Shown: one piece after another, positions 13,313 through 27,618 of the stretch
How positions within the stretch are numbered: position 1 is the stretch's first letter
Layout of the letters: each line of letters starts with the position of its first letter
Source of the DNA: Rhizophagus irregularis
Taxonomy: Eukaryota
DNA length: 64,000 bases
NCBI RefSeq assembly: GCF_026210795.1
Contig: NC_089430.1
Coordinates: 3,410,001-3,474,000 of the forward strand
Direction of reading: 5' to 3'
Notes under the pieces: model-generated
What the model was told of the DNA's origin: nothing
Database searches by the model: none
The model's input: the letters and a program-made list of their open reading frames with translations, nothing else
Translations under genes and position numbers: made by a program

Positions 13313-13917
13313 TAGAATTCCAAACAGGTTGACCAAATTCAGGTAACCTGACAGGTTGACCTGAATTTTTCAGGTCAGGTTTAGCAATTGCAATTCAGAA
13401 TCAGTTCAGGTTGTAACATTAATATAACCTGAATAACATGTTGATCTGAAACTACGATTTTATATAATAAGTGAGTTATAGTATTATAATTCACTTTTTA
13501 TATTGATTTTATATAATAAAAGTGAATTGCGATATTGGGATTCACTTTTTTATATTGATTTTATATAATAAAAGTGAATTGCGATATCAGAATTCACTTT
13601 TTTATATATAAAAAGTGAATTGTGATATTGGAATTCACTTTTTTATATTGATTTTATATTTAAAAGTTAGTTGCAGTATTGCGATTCACCTTTTTATACA
13701 ATTTTAATATAAAAAACTGAATCGCAATATTTCAAAAAAAATGTTTTGCATCATTTTTTTTTGATATTTTTAATATAAATCCTAAAAATTTTCAGGTTTC
13801 AGTTCAGGTCAGGTTAAATAGATAACCTGATATGATCTGACCTGACCTGACCTGAAAAAAAATTTCAGGTCAGATTTATCAATTTACCTGACCTGACCTG
13901 ACCCATTCGGAACTCTA
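13313..13917. mobile_element. hAT-type MITE
   Basis: Termini TAGAATTCC / GGAACTCTA with 8-bp TSD GTTAGGAC. Subterminal ACCTG/CAGGT pentamer arrays and internal AAAAGTGAATTGCGATAT repeats. Confidence 0.8.
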
Positions 13918-14297
13918 GTTAGGACCGTTATCATAAATCTTGAAGTTACTAACAATAATGTAAAATGGCAGTTCTATATGAATATTCTTCTGGGCTTTCT
14001 GAAAAGTTGAAAAGTAGTACGTTTTAGTTCTTACACCTTTAAAGTTTAACTGGCCAAGTAGTTCGCAGGCCAGACTGTTATTTCTTAGAAGAAGCTCATC
14101 AACCAACATATTTTTTACTAGTTGTTAATGGGGGAGTTAGTCTTCTAAAATAAGGAGACAGAGTTGAAATATATGTTTGGTATTTTTTACTCAGGTTTTT
14201 CTCATTGCACTGTGAGTTTTTCAGGGTTTTATGATTTTGTTTTTTTTGGTCATTTTTTTTGGTGTAATCTTATTTTCTTTGGGTGATAAATGAATAC

Positions 14298-15495
14298 TAA
14301 AGCTCCGAACGGGTCAGTTTGGTCCGGATTATAGACGGTTCGGATTAGAGCTGAAATCCGTAAGAACCGAACCGAAAAACTGGCGGTTCGGTTCAGTTTA
14401 ATCCAATTTTTTATAAAAATGCAAAAAATCAAATAGCCGGCCATCTAGTAATCGTACAAAGTCGAGCCATATATCATTGGATTCGTCTCGACGAGACGCG
14501 TCGAATGGTGGTAAGATCATGTCTCTAGCATCGATAGATCACACGTTAGCCCACGCTAAATGATTTATAAATAATGAAATTATCAAGCTATCTATCGGTG
14601 CTAGAGACATGATCTTAGCACCATTCGACGCGTCTCAGTGAGACGAATCTAATGAATATAAATTCGTCCGTATACGACCACTGGATAGCGAATAATATCA
14701 AGTTTCGCATTTTTTTAAAATTTTTGAGCGTTAAAAATTAAAAATTCCGATACATGAATTTATTCGTCGTCCAATGGTCGTACAAATATGAATTAGGACT
14801 CATTGGATTCGTCTCGATGAGACGAGTCGAATGGTGGTAAGATCACGTCTCTAGCATTGATAGATAGCTTGCTAATGCCAATTTTTTATAAATCATTTAG
14901 CGTGAATTAAAATACGATCTATTAATGCTAGAGACATGATCTCACCACCATTCGACTCGTCTCATCGAGACGAATCCAATGAGTCCTAATTCATATTTGT
15001 ACGACCATTGGACAACGAATAAATTCATGTATCGGAATTTTTAATTTTTAACGCTCAAAAATTTTAAAAAATGCGAAACTTGATATTATTCGCCATCCAG
15101 TGGTCGTATACGGACGAATTTATATTCATTGGATTCGTCTCACTGAGACGCGTCGAATGGTGCTATGATCATGTCTCTAGCACCGATAGATAGCTTGCTA
15201 ATTCCAATTATTTATAAATCATTTAGCGTGAGTTAACGTGTGATCTATCGATGCTAGAAACGTGATCTTACTACCATTCGACGCGTCTCGTCGAGACGAA
15301 TCCAATGATATATGGTTGGACTTTGTACGATCACTAGATGGACGGCTATTCGATTTTTCGCATTTTTATAAAAAATCAGATTAAACTGAACCGAACTGCT
15401 GGTTTTTTGGTTCTAATACCCGAACTGAACTGAACCGAATTTTGAGCCGGTTTCGGATCGGTTCCCCAGTTTAGCCTGAACCGTTCAGAGCTTTA
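14298..15495. mobile_element. hAT-type foldback MITE with long internal inverted repeats
   Basis: TIRs TAAAGCTCCGAACGG / CCGTTCAGAGCTTTA; 8-bp TSD ATGAATAC. The interior ~14370-15400 is a near-palindrome built of CATTCGA...GTCTC/GAGAC...AATG modules. Confidence 0.85.
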
Positions 15496-17208
15496 ATGAA
15501 TACTGGAAAATTTGATCGTTATGGTAGCTTAGTATTACTAATTTTCAAAATTAATGATCATTTGGGTGATAAGAGAGGTAACAGGTTGAGTACCACAGTT
15601 TTTGTAGTATGCCAATCAAGGTGGTCACATGTTGAACTATCATTGGATTGACTTATCTAGATAGATCTTAAGCTAATGGATTGTTCAAAATGAGGTGGAT
15701 GTCCTCTATTAAGGATTGTTCGAAATGAGGTGAATGTTCCTGTTAGGATTGCATAACACTAAAAAGTTCCTTTAGTAGCTGGACTGTACGACTAAAAAGT
15801 TCCTGAAGGTTTTTTTGAAGTAGGTTTGTTATCCATAATATGTAGTTAAATAGGGGAAATTGAATTTTGTGCATTTTTGATGGTGTTAATGGTATTTAGC
15901 TTTGGAATACTTGGATTTTTAAATGTAGCTAAGTGCTTTGCTAAGTACATATAGCATAATCGACTTTATCTTATTTGAGATATAACTCAGAAGAGTAGCT
16001 GTAGTTATTTATATAGAGAGGGCGGGTTAAATAATCTAGCTTTTTTCTTTATTATGTAATTTTTGGAAGATTATTTGTTCTTGTATTAGTTAGTTCTGCA
16101 CTTTGTTGTAGTTCTTTCTTGAATATCTGGTATTCTCTAAAGTAACTTTACAGCAAAAATTAATAAAATTCAAGGGCAAGCCTTTTATAAATAAAGTGTG
16201 ACTTATGATCTGTTTTAGAGATATCTGGGATCCTCTTTTTAATGTAATTTGGTAAAATGCTATATTTTCTAATGTAATGCTATATTATTGAATATTTTTC
16301 AAAAAAAAAATGTAATATTTTAATATTCTGATGAAAATAAAATATTTAACCAAAAAAACATAAAATTTACTGAAAATATGCAACATTTGATAAAAAATAT
16401 AGAATTTTCATAAAAAATACACTATTTATCAGAAAATCAGAATATTTGATAAAATTTAATTTTAATTAATAATATTACAACAATTTTATAAAATGTTATT
16501 ATATTGAAGGTCAAATGTGAAATTTTCATAAAAATGCAGACAAAAAAAAAGCAAAATTTGATTTTAATTGATAATATTATAACAGGACTTTGAATAATAC
16601 TAATATAACTCACAAGTAAACTTTAAGTACCGAAATAAAATTACATTTTATGACATAATTCTGTCAATATTATTGAAGCTAGGAATTCGATTTTACTATC
16701 ATTAGAATCCTCGCATCGAGACGAATCTAATGATATAAATTTTATTAAAATGAATTACTGGTTGTATTAAAAATAGGGGTATGTAGGATACTGAAATTTT
16801 ATACGCAACTTTTGAAAAATTTTAATATAAACGAACTCTACGCAAACTCTTCGGAATCCTATATATACTAAAAATAAAGCATTTCAAATGCTGATACTTG
16901 CTAAGTTAAATTAATTATCTAACAGTGTATACATGAGTATTTTGATATATAATAAGTGATTTATTGGTTAATTATGTTATAATTTTTTGTTGTAATTTTT
17001 TATTACATAATCTTATTTTAATAAACTAGCCAATGCAAAATGCGTGCACTGTAAAATTAAAAAAAAATAAAATAAAATAAAAATAAATTTGTATTAATCA
17101 TTAAAAAGTTATTATATTTTTAGTTTCTTTTGATTTAAAATGTATTATAAATAAGAAATTTTTCTGTTAGTTATTTTTTAAATGCATATTCTTTTTAAAT
17201 GTATCATG

Positions 17209-17503
17209 AGGACCCCGGATATCTCCAAAACAGGTCATAAGTCACACTTTCGGCAGATTGGCCCATTTTTCAGGGCTCAAAAAATCGTTTTTTGTAAATA
17301 TCTCGGCATCCAGTGGTCCAATTTTGATGAACTTTTTTTTAAATTGTAGAGCTAAATGAGGGCTACAAAATAAAAAAAAGTTCATTAAAATTGGACCACT
17401 GGATGCCGAGATATTTACAAAAAACGATTTTTTGAGCCCTGAAAAATGGGCCAATCTGCCGAAAGTGTGACTTATGACCTGTTTTGGAGATATCCGGGGT
17501 CCT
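17209..17503. mobile_element. Palindromic MITE, AGGACCCC-terminus family
   Basis: Nearly the whole element is an inverted repeat; 8-bp TSD GTATCATG. A decayed copy of the same end lies at ~16195-16234. Confidence 0.9.
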
Positions 17504-19030
17504 GTATCATGTATATTATAGCTGGACTCCAGATATACAGTATATACTTATAAAAATATTATTATATAGTTCTTTTTCTTTTTTCTTGTAATTTATTTAA
17601 TATTTTATTTATTTAAAACTAATAATAGTTGAAATAAATTTAGATAATTCTAATAAATATCAGATTAAACTGTTATTGCAATATTTGGTATTATTCATTA
17701 ATTTAATATTTAATTTGTCAATATTAAATTGAAGGTCACGTGGAGGTAAAAAGTTGTTTGTTTATAGTCATGTGATTTTATTTATACCGAGTTATCTAAC
17801 AGGAAATCAAACAAGAAAACAAGAATCAAGAACAATTCAACCTTTGTTCCATAGATAAAATTTGTGATACAAGTACGACATTATTTGATTATCTAGCACC
17901 AAAAAAAAAAGATTAAGCTCAAATAAAATATTTAGGTTATTATTGAATCTCGATTAGAAAATTATTTATACAATGATAAAACCAATTCGGTTGAAGTGGT
18001 AATAATAAAGCTGGTAAGAAATAGTTTGTCAAATTGCTGATTTCCATATATTAAATGTTCATTCGAATTGAAATCTAACTAAATGTTTACAAGGTGATTA
18101 TATGCAGTAGATCGAAAGAAAAAGAGTTTTTGCCCATGCTAAATAATTTGGAGATTGCGTTTTTTAATTTTTTTGGGTACAAACTAGCGCACATTATTAT
18201 AACAAATGTGACATAAAATTTAAGCTCTTTGTGTGTATGTGTGAAGAAGAGCGAGGTAAAATTAGGAATAAAGGAGAAAAGTTTGCACATCAACTTTGTA
18301 CTCGTTCGATCGGATTGAAATGAGCTGCGGAGATAATCAAGTTACAAATACTTAATATAATCGGGATTTCTTATCTTTACTGCGACAGAATTATGGTTTA
18401 GCTAAGAAAATAATGTAAAGCGGCATTTAGATAGAAAATCAATCTTCCTTTTAATTAGAGACTGCCAATCCCGTGTACTTACACAAGCAGAATAAATTTG
18501 GTTTAGCTTCTAGTGAAGAAGCGACGGTATCTTCCGAACATTTTATTTTGCTGCGTTTCTTTATTTTAACAAAATAAGCAAGAATGAATGTGGCTTTTAG
18601 TCTCAATAATCAAGCCACCGTCTCCTATATTTAAGATTCATTAGAAAATAGGATTTTATCCCTTTCTTTATTGATAATATATATATAAATTTATAAGTAA
18701 ACCAAAATAGCGAAAAAAGTTAATTTCAGATGTCACCTATGATATCATAGGGAACCTAAGTAAGCTAGAGTTTGATCAAAAAAGGTTGTACGTCGAAAGA
18801 AAATTTTGCTTTCCCCCTACATTTGTTTTTTTGTCTCTTGCGTCATATATATTATTATTAAATTTTTTTTTCTTCTCTCTGTCCACTATTTCAACCTCTC
18901 TCAGCATGTTCTGTTTGTTTTAAAAAAAAATTTTACACATATTCGAACCAAACTACTTTTAGTATTTTGAAGATATATAAATAAAAAAACCAATAAATCA
19001 AGAACGCCGACAGCTAGAGACAATATACAA

Positions 19031-20626
19031 ATGAACCCAGAACTGTACCAACAAGGAACTTCTTTCGTTCATCCCCAACAGCAACAACAAACAACGCCGC
19101 AACCCATTTCTCGTCTCGCAAATCCTACACCTTATCATTTGGCACAGACTCAGTTGAGAAATCAGAGGCAGACAAACAGCGATGGAGCACCGCCTACTCC
19201 TAATAATTCTTTTCAAGCAAATAATCCTCTCTCGAATAATAGTTTCTCTAGTGATACTATAGACCCTCAGATTTTGTCAATGCGACAGCTCCAATATAAT
19301 ATGAACCATATAAAACAGGAATCAACTCCTACAGAACTTAATGTTGACTTGGACTTTGATCATCAAAATACACTAGTGTCACCAATGACAAGCTCACCTC
19401 GTGGCACTCCACCAAATACTTTTGAAACTGAACGATTTAAACCAATCTCTCATTTAGGGAGTCCACCAGGTCATGGCTTTGATTCTGAACTTTTTGGAAC
19501 TTCTTGTAAACCAACCTCTCATTTAGACAGTCTTCAGTCTTTTGGGGGGTCACCTGGTAATAATTCACTTTATTCTCCCAGGAGTATTGAAAACGTAGAA
19601 TACCCGTATATGGAAGAATTTCCAATGAGCGCCCCTACTACTACTTCTGCAATAGGTCCTTTGGATGTCAAGGCAAACATAAATAATAATAATAATAGTA
19701 AGATATACAGACATCCACATAACAATGTGAACAATTTGAGCCAAATCAGTATGTCTCTACCGGTACTTCCTACTACTAATGGTGACCAATGGTGTTTAGA
19801 CAACAACTTTACTGGCGCTCATCCAAGTTCATTGCAATTCCCTTCTAACGAAATGATCTCTTCTGGTTTCATGGAATCTGACGATACCGATTCTCAAAAA
19901 CAGTACGTATTCATTAATCAGGAATTTAAAGCAGCTTATGTTGTTTTTTATTTTATTTTTATTTTATTTTTGTGGATCAATAAATTAACATCATAAGCAT
20001 GTATTTTCGCATGTATTATTTTGTGTTTTTTTCTCTGTCAGGTAGATTCGAATTTTTTTTTTTTTTATTCATCGGAATAATAAGAGATTTTAATGATAAT
20101 TATTTTATAGGGCTATGTTATTTGAGAAGAGACGTCGTCGACGTGAGTCACATAATGCTGGTAAGAGATATGATTGTCAAATTAGAATACTTGTCTACAT
20201 CTACTGTGCCAAAAAAAATAATTTTGTTTGGATTGTTATTGGTTCCATTCTCATATTTCAATGTCAAAATTTTTTAATTTTATTTATTTATTCTAATATT
20301 AAGTTGAACGTCGTCGCCGGGATAATATTAACGAAAAAATTCAAGAGCTCTCAACTTTATTGCCGGACTTATATGTTGATTCTGCCAATAAACCTAATAA
20401 AGGCGTGATTCTTCGTAAATCAGTGGATTATATTCGACGTCTTCAATCAATGGTAGAACAAGAAAGGAATCGCAACGTAAAATTGGAAACTCAAGTTCGA
20501 GAATTATCATCGCAGTCAGGAATACCTATTGATAATAATTCCGGTTCAGCTTCGAGCAGATCAGATTTAAATAATTCATCGAGTGGTGGACTTTTTGGTT
20601 CATCATCTTTGGGTAGTCTGCCATAG
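19031..20626 (+). CDS. bHLH-ZIP transcription factor, Rtg3/MiT-TFE-like; exons 19031-19902, 20111-20160, 20304-20626
   Basis: GT-AG splicing yields [39 protein letters not shown]...[19 protein letters not shown] followed by a leucine zipper. The N-terminus is Q/S/P/N-rich. Confidence 0.9.
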
Positions 20627-23037
20627 AAACAAAAAAAAAGGTGAAAACAGGAGTATATTATTTCTTTTGGTGTTTATATATATGCATACCTATATATATT
20701 CTTATATTTCCTTTTATCACTCCCAATTATACACTCTACTTGTATTTTATGGCTAATTTTTTATTACGCGTATTATATAAGGTATAGCAATATATTATGG
20801 AGAATGTTACGGAGAATTTGGGAACAAGGTTTATCGTGTAATATTTTTTTTTTTTTCCTTCTTTTCTTTTTGCTGAGGATTGCATCCAAAGGCCTAAAAA
20901 TATTTATGCGTGACCAAGAAATGCAAGCATTTCAATGGTTTAAAGAAATTTCTTGGTTGGTTGGTTGGTTGGTTGGATATAATACTGTGAAGCAATTTTT
21001 GATTTTATTAAAGTATTTTAATGGGTAAAGTTCACTTGATGTGAACGAATATAAATATGTATAGCTTTACTTTTTATCCCGAAATATACTTGAGTAAGTT
21101 CAAAGAATTCTTTTACGGTGCACAAGTTTTATTTTTCATTAAATAATATATATATATATACATATACATATTTTTCATTGTATACACCCTTCGTCTTTAT
21201 TGCTTAGAACAATCCAAGCAGACTTTTTTACATACAACCTTTATTATTTAAACTTCTTATATTATATATAAATATTTTCAAGAACATTTCTTTTTGTATT
21301 TACTTTATTTACTTTTCATTATTTATTTTATGGCATGCTTTCAAATTTAAGAACACGGTTCTCTTACGAAAGAAAACAAAATGAAGCGTATTCAGAATCT
21401 TTTCAAATATTTATTTTAAATTTCTTTTTATTTTTAGTTAAACCAATGGATGAGTTTTATTGTGGAGTAATTATTAAACTAAAGAAAAATCAAGTCATTC
21501 GGTAATTCATAGTGATTTTTGTGATTAATATAAAAAGTGGTTTATATGTTCTTTTATTGCGTTTAATAATGAAATAAATACTTATATAAAATGGAAAATT
21601 GTTTGCGACTAAAGCATGAAATTTCACTTCTACCTTTTGTGTGAAATTGAATATATTTTATAAAAATTTTTTCCCATGCGCAATAATTATGTACATTTTG
21701 GTTGTCACCCAAATGTATAAATTATAGAATACCGGTATCACGTGATTACAATTAGCAAGTAAATTTATCGCAAAACATTTATTTTTATTTATTAAGTTTA
21801 TAATTATTATGTTCATAAATGATATTAACAATAAAATACTGCCAAACGTCTAAAATTATAAACTCTACCCTTTAAAATTTAACTAAAATTTACACCCATT
21901 CATTCTTTATTTTACATTTCGTTAATCTCTAAATCTGCTAATATTAAACCAATCAAATGTTGTATAATACATAGTATGTAACATTTATTCCCATATAAAC
22001 AAATGTATATATTCCCAAATGAAAGAAGTATCTTTAGAATTCAGGTGTTTTTATCTAGCTACCATAATGAAGAAACATATTTACTGAACAGAAGCTTTAT
22101 TTTTTGTGTAGCTTCTGATATTATGATTTTTTCTAAAAATAACTACACATCTTAGAAAATGAAGTTATATTTTATTTACTGGTTATTTCCATTTGCAACT
22201 TAATATTTAGTTTTGTATTACTTTAATATTTCATTATAAATTATAAAAGAAATCCAATTAGCACTTTCTACTATAGTAATTTGAATACTAATCTTTGCAA
22301 CAGACATCATATTACTGAATTTAATTTTTTTATCAACCTTCTTCTTAATAGTTGATATATAAATATTGCCAGTTTGAATTTTTTTTTTGGCTGCAGCACA
22401 TTTGGAACTTTATTAGAATATATAAGAGCATAAATACATTGAAATTATATGATTTAAACAGATAAACTATATTATTAAGAACCAAACCACCTGTCCACCA
22501 CTTAGGGCAACCATGTGTGCACTGTCAGGTTGAAATTCCAGACTAGTGGAGTAAGTCCACTTTAGAAACATTCTTTCTTAGAAGGAGCCCCTTCTCCAGG
22601 TCTTTGTCCTGTGAGCGTCCAACAAGACTCACTGTAACTGCAACACAAAACCTAGGACCAAAAAACAAAAAAAAAGAAGTTTAACAAAAAAGCTAGGGTA
22701 AAAATATAAAGTAAAAAAAGCGGTTAGTAATAATTCAAGTAATGAGTATCCACTATAATATCCCATTCTTCCTGCCTATAGTTCTCTGAATAGTTCAGTC
22801 ATTCCGTCAGTAAACTATTCTGTTAAGTAAGAACTTGATTTCTGCTAACAAAGTCAGTTTAGCTATACTATCTAAATTCTTTTCCAATACTTTTGTAAGT
22901 TGTTTGGTTTACTATTTTCTAAAGAATCCTATCTTCTGTTTCTGTTTACTCAATCGTTCTGCATTACTGATAGATCCACTTCTTGGTTCTGCTTATGATG
23001 TAGTCCGTTTTTCTTTGTTGACCTATGTGGTCAATTC

Positions 23038-23599
23038 AGGACCCTGAAATATATATGTAGGGGTAAGGTGCATAATTGCGTCGCCAGCATAGAGAAATTT
23101 TACGGGGTTAGATATTAATTTGCGTACAACCTGAGGATTTTTTAGCTACAGTTAGACTATTAAAATGCGTATTTTTAACAGGTTTTTTGTTTAAGTAAGG
23201 GTTTATTTTGCGTATTTTAGTAATTTGACTGATCATATATTACAGTATATATATTTCATGAGATAAATAAAAATAAATATAAATATCTATTAGTGTAAAA
23301 AATATGTAGCACTTTATTTATTGCAAAAAAAATTTGTAATGCTTGTACATTTAATAAATACATTTATATAATTATGTGTTTTAAAAAATTATTCTTCGAT
23401 AAACGTTAAGTTTGATCAAGAAAACAATCAGTAAATCACATGATGATCGGTGGGTCAGGAAATTAGTTTGCGTATTTTTTCCAATTATTCAAAGTAAGGA
23501 GGTAATTTTGCGTACTGAACTTATAGAAAACCCTTGCGTACAGCTATTAGTAAAAAGTTTGAAAGCCACCTTACCTTTTTATATATATTTCAGGGTCCT
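23038..23599. mobile_element. MITE, AGGACCC-terminus family
   Basis: TIRs AGGACCCTGAAATATATAT / ATATATATTTCAGGGTCCT; 8-bp TSD GTCAATTC. Confidence 0.85.
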
Positions 23600-26500
23600 G
23601 TCAATTCAATGAGAATGTAAAATATATCATCTATACACTGTTAAATTCTTCAAAGTTGAATTTTATATTAGTGACTTTATTCAAGTCTACTCATGATTGA
23701 TAATATATCAGTAATCAACTTTATACACCCTTTATCTTAAATAATCTTGAATGCTTTACAACCAGTTAAAAAAAGCAATGATTGATCAGGGTTATCAGCA
23801 GGATATAAAAAACCAGTATTCATTGATTTGGAAATATCAATTAGAGCCATTTGGAATTTTTCTCGTTCTTTATATTGCTTTAGATCTCAAGCTGCTGGAT
23901 ACTATTGAACAAGCAAACCTCCAAAAAGAGTAGTTCAAACTCCTTCATTCTATTAATTTAGCACTATGTCATTTAAGTTGATAGATACAGTAAATGTTAC
24001 ATATTTCTTCTGCGTTATGAACTTCATAAAGACCGACTACTATTAAGATAAAAGGCACCTGCGACCAAGTAGGCTAAAAATAGAAATCACAATTTACCGG
24101 CCAGAAATCCAGAAAAAAATATTTTACCAGATCTTCTTTCGGATAACATAAAAATTTACCGGCCACATAAAATTATATATTTTTATTTACTTTGTTAATA
24201 TTTGTAAAAAACATCAAATTCTTCGTTTACATTCATTATTCCATATTTGTATAGCTCTAGTAAAATCAAATTCAAATAAATCCTTTTCCTCCAATCCAAC
24301 CATCATGAGAAAATGTAATGTTTCAATATTCAAAGAATTTCGTAAATTAGTTTTTATCAAATTTTGCTTTGAAAATCCACGTTCACAATCTACTGATGAA
24401 AATGGAATAAAATATACAATACCTAATAATTGGATAATATTTGGAAAAGTATCATAATAAAATTCAAATAATTTTGGAATTAATAATTCAATTTCTATAT
24501 TTTTATAATTCGCATATATTATTGCTTTATATCCAAACCATTCTTCACAAATATTGTTAACTTAAATGATTTGCTCTTTTTCATAAAATTCTGCTAAAAT
24601 ATTTAATTCTTTTTCACCATAACTTGTTAGTTCTTCCCTGTTATTTGGCCAATTAGTATGATCAAATATTTTCATAGAATTAAGTAAAGGTCTATCAGGA
24701 AATCTTTCTTGGATTTATGAAATAATAGCTGATGCAAATTAAAGATTGAATATCCACAATTAATTCCACTTCATAAATTTTATTCCATGTTAATTGATGT
24801 GCACCAATATTACAATTTTCTTCTGATGGCACATTTAATAAAAATCTATTTAAATTTTCCCCTAATAATAATCTTCCTTCATCACTATAATCCAAAAATT
24901 CCTGCTGAATTTTTTTAAGTGTGAATTCTATTACTGGATCTATATCAGATATTTGAATTTTTTTTCGTTGAAAAATCTTGCTTAAAGTTGAAAGATATCC
25001 CAAAATATCTCATAAGAAATAAAGAAAAGCAAGAAATTTCCAATCGCAAATCTCCATATATAAAGAAATAAAATTTTGTCTTTGAAGATTATTAGCTGTA
25101 GTTATTGTTTCTAATAATGTATCCATTAAAGGTTCAATAGATAAACATATATTTTTGACCACTTCATACCAAGAAAGCCATCGGATTTCATAAATTTGTT
25201 TAATTTTTAAAATTGGATGTTCCAATATTTCTTGGTATTTTCGTAAAGTATCTGTTCTTTTGCTAGAATTAGAAAAAAAACTATAAATTGATTATATGAT
25301 ATTTTCGGTATGCTTGCAAAATGTGATTTTTTTTTCTGTTGAATTACAAGCTAAAGCTAGCCTATGTGCAATGCAATGTGTTATAAATAAACACTTATTT
25401 CTTTCTTTAATTCTTGCTGCCACTCCTGTTAATTTTCCTAGCATAACACTTGCACCATCTAAAGCAAATGACATAAGTTTATCTGTTAATCCTAAAAAAA
25501 CAACTTTATATTAATTTATTATATAATTAATTAAATAAACAATAAAACAATATTCACCTTTTTCATCAAATAAACTAATAACTAATTCAAAAATAGGTTT
25601 TGAATCTTTACCATTTAGTTGAAGTAATTTTAAAAAACGGATTTTAATATTTCCATGCCAACAATACTTAACATATATTATAAGATGAGGTTCACATGAA
25701 ATATCAGTACTTTCATCAATCATTATACCAAATGCAGTAGCTTCGTCCAATTCTTTCCAAATAGCTTCTTCTATTGAATTTGAAATAGCTGATAACATTT
25801 GACGTCCAGAAATATTGTTTTCATATGTAATTGGATTAGAAATTGATAAAAATTTGGGACATTCAAGAGCTCTACAAAGTTGCATAATTTTAGGTAATTT
25901 ACTCAACGGAATATCATTTTCTGCTAGCCAAAAAACTACAGTCAACTCTCTTTATAGTCACACATTTGGGACAGTCTATATTTGGTGATTATAAAGAGAT
26001 GTGACTATATAAAAAATTTCTTATATTTGTATATCATAATTCCGGCCAAAAATTAACATAATTTTAGCCAGAATTATACTTAAAACTTTATTGTACCGTA
26101 ACTTCGCCAATATTAATCGTAGAGAGATGATCTTACCGCCATTCGATTCGTCTTGATGAGACGGTTCTAATGGTATAAAATACGTCGAAATCTAATCACT
26201 AGATTAATTTCCGAAATTAAAAAAATATTAATGGTTTTTGTGTAATAACTCTGTCAATATTGATCCTAGAAAGACGATTTTACTACCATTCGATTCGTCT
26301 TGATGAGACAAATCTAATGGTATAAGATACATCGAAATCCAATCACTAGATCAATTTCCGAAATTAAAAAATATTAAATGGTTTTTAAGTAATAACTCCG
26401 TCAATATTGATCACAGAGAGAGGAGCTTACCACCATTCGATTCGTCTCGATGAGGCGATTCCAACGAGCTATAAATCGTGTTTTTACAATCACTAGGTAC

Positions 26501-26620
26501 CGAGAAATCTAGCAAAATGTTAAATGGTGCAGTAAACGTAAATCAAGAAATATTATAATGCCGATGTTTAACATTTTGTTGAATAACTCGTCAGCCAGTG
26601 ATCGGAAAAGGATAAAACAA

Positions 26621-27618
26621 GGGTTGGTCACCCTATCTTGGTGGTTAGTCACTGAGACCCTCATTAAGCCTGAGTATGGTGAGGTCGCAGGTTCAATTCC
26701 CATGACCACGGAAATAAAAAGAATTTTACTGCGGACGCTACAACTAATAGCGTGAAGGTACAGGGGATTAGTGTAGTTGGACTGCATCATGGTGAATTAG
26801 TGTGTACGGTTAGGCCGCACATTTCAACTAAGGGTCATGGTGTCCTTCTAACGTTCCCTATGAGGCCATTGGCATGTGCGCAGTCTTGTCCTTGAGGTTA
26901 CTACTATACCTTGGGGGGGACTTCCTGTCCAGGTGGTCACTCTATGATACCGCTTGGGGTCAGTAATGGCTAGATGGTCGTCCTAGATGGTAAAGCTGAG
27001 GGTGCAATGTCTTAGTAGTAGTTAGACCTTATGTTAGGTCTTAGACCAACCAAGGTGTTCGTGCACAGAACAGGTAGCGTGGCTATGGGGTTCGATTCCC
27101 TACTCCGAGGGTCCCTGGTTGGTGATCCCTGGTGGTTGATACCCACCATAAGGGGTGATCCTGGACAGATGCCTGCTACTTCCTGTCTGAGTGGTCACTA
27201 TAAAGTATACCACTTGGGGTAAACAACTGTACTATCGGTACTAGGTAATCGCGGGCTGTAGTGGCGCTTTGAGTGAGGCTTAGTACCTAAAATGGTGGTA
27301 TGGAAGGGTATTAGATGGTTGATGTTACCTGTCGAAAGTCCTCCATGAAAGTAGATACTCTCTAAAGGTCGTTAAATAAATTGAGTATCAGTATCATGCA
27401 ATGGGTATAGGATGAGTAGGCGGCGTGTACCTGGCTCAGATCAGCCTAAAATGGCCCGATGGGAGATGTCTTCTATAGTGGTGCTGTTACCTGAGGAATT
27501 AAGTACTCGGTATAATGATTGCCCATTGAAGATGATAGGACACAGACCCGAGATTAGTCTCATAAGAGGCAATGGGTGGTCTGGCCGTAAACACTTGCAA
27601 AAGAAAAGGATAAAACTA
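26621..27618 (+). mobile_element. ~1-kb tRNA-headed SINE-like unit 1
   Basis: The 5' head has TGGTCA/TGACCA acceptor-like pairing, A-box-like GGTGGTTAG and B-box GGTTC(A/G)ATTCC. No credible ORF. It ends TTGCAAA plus the target repeat. Confidence 0.7.

Noticed and set aside
15540..16200. Possible decayed retroelement coding remnants (also ~13930-14250 and 21850-23990)
   Set aside because: Composition suggests old coding DNA, but no motif or boundary could be supported.
17242..17454. 70-aa ORF
   Set aside because: By-product of a palindromic MITE.
26621..26710. Functional tRNA gene
   Set aside because: The T-stem pairs poorly, the arms are irregular, there is no poly-T terminator, and it is embedded in a repeated 1-kb unit. 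Treated as a SINE head.
26775..26812. Group II intron domain V-like hairpin (GGACTGCAT...GTGTACGGTT)
   Set aside because: It lacks the AGC/CGC catalytic triad and a recognisable domain VI; the resemblance is superficial.
27300..27560. Canonical hammerhead ribozyme in the SINE-like unit
   Set aside because: CTGAGGA is present, but no properly placed stem II-GAAA core was found by eye on either strand.
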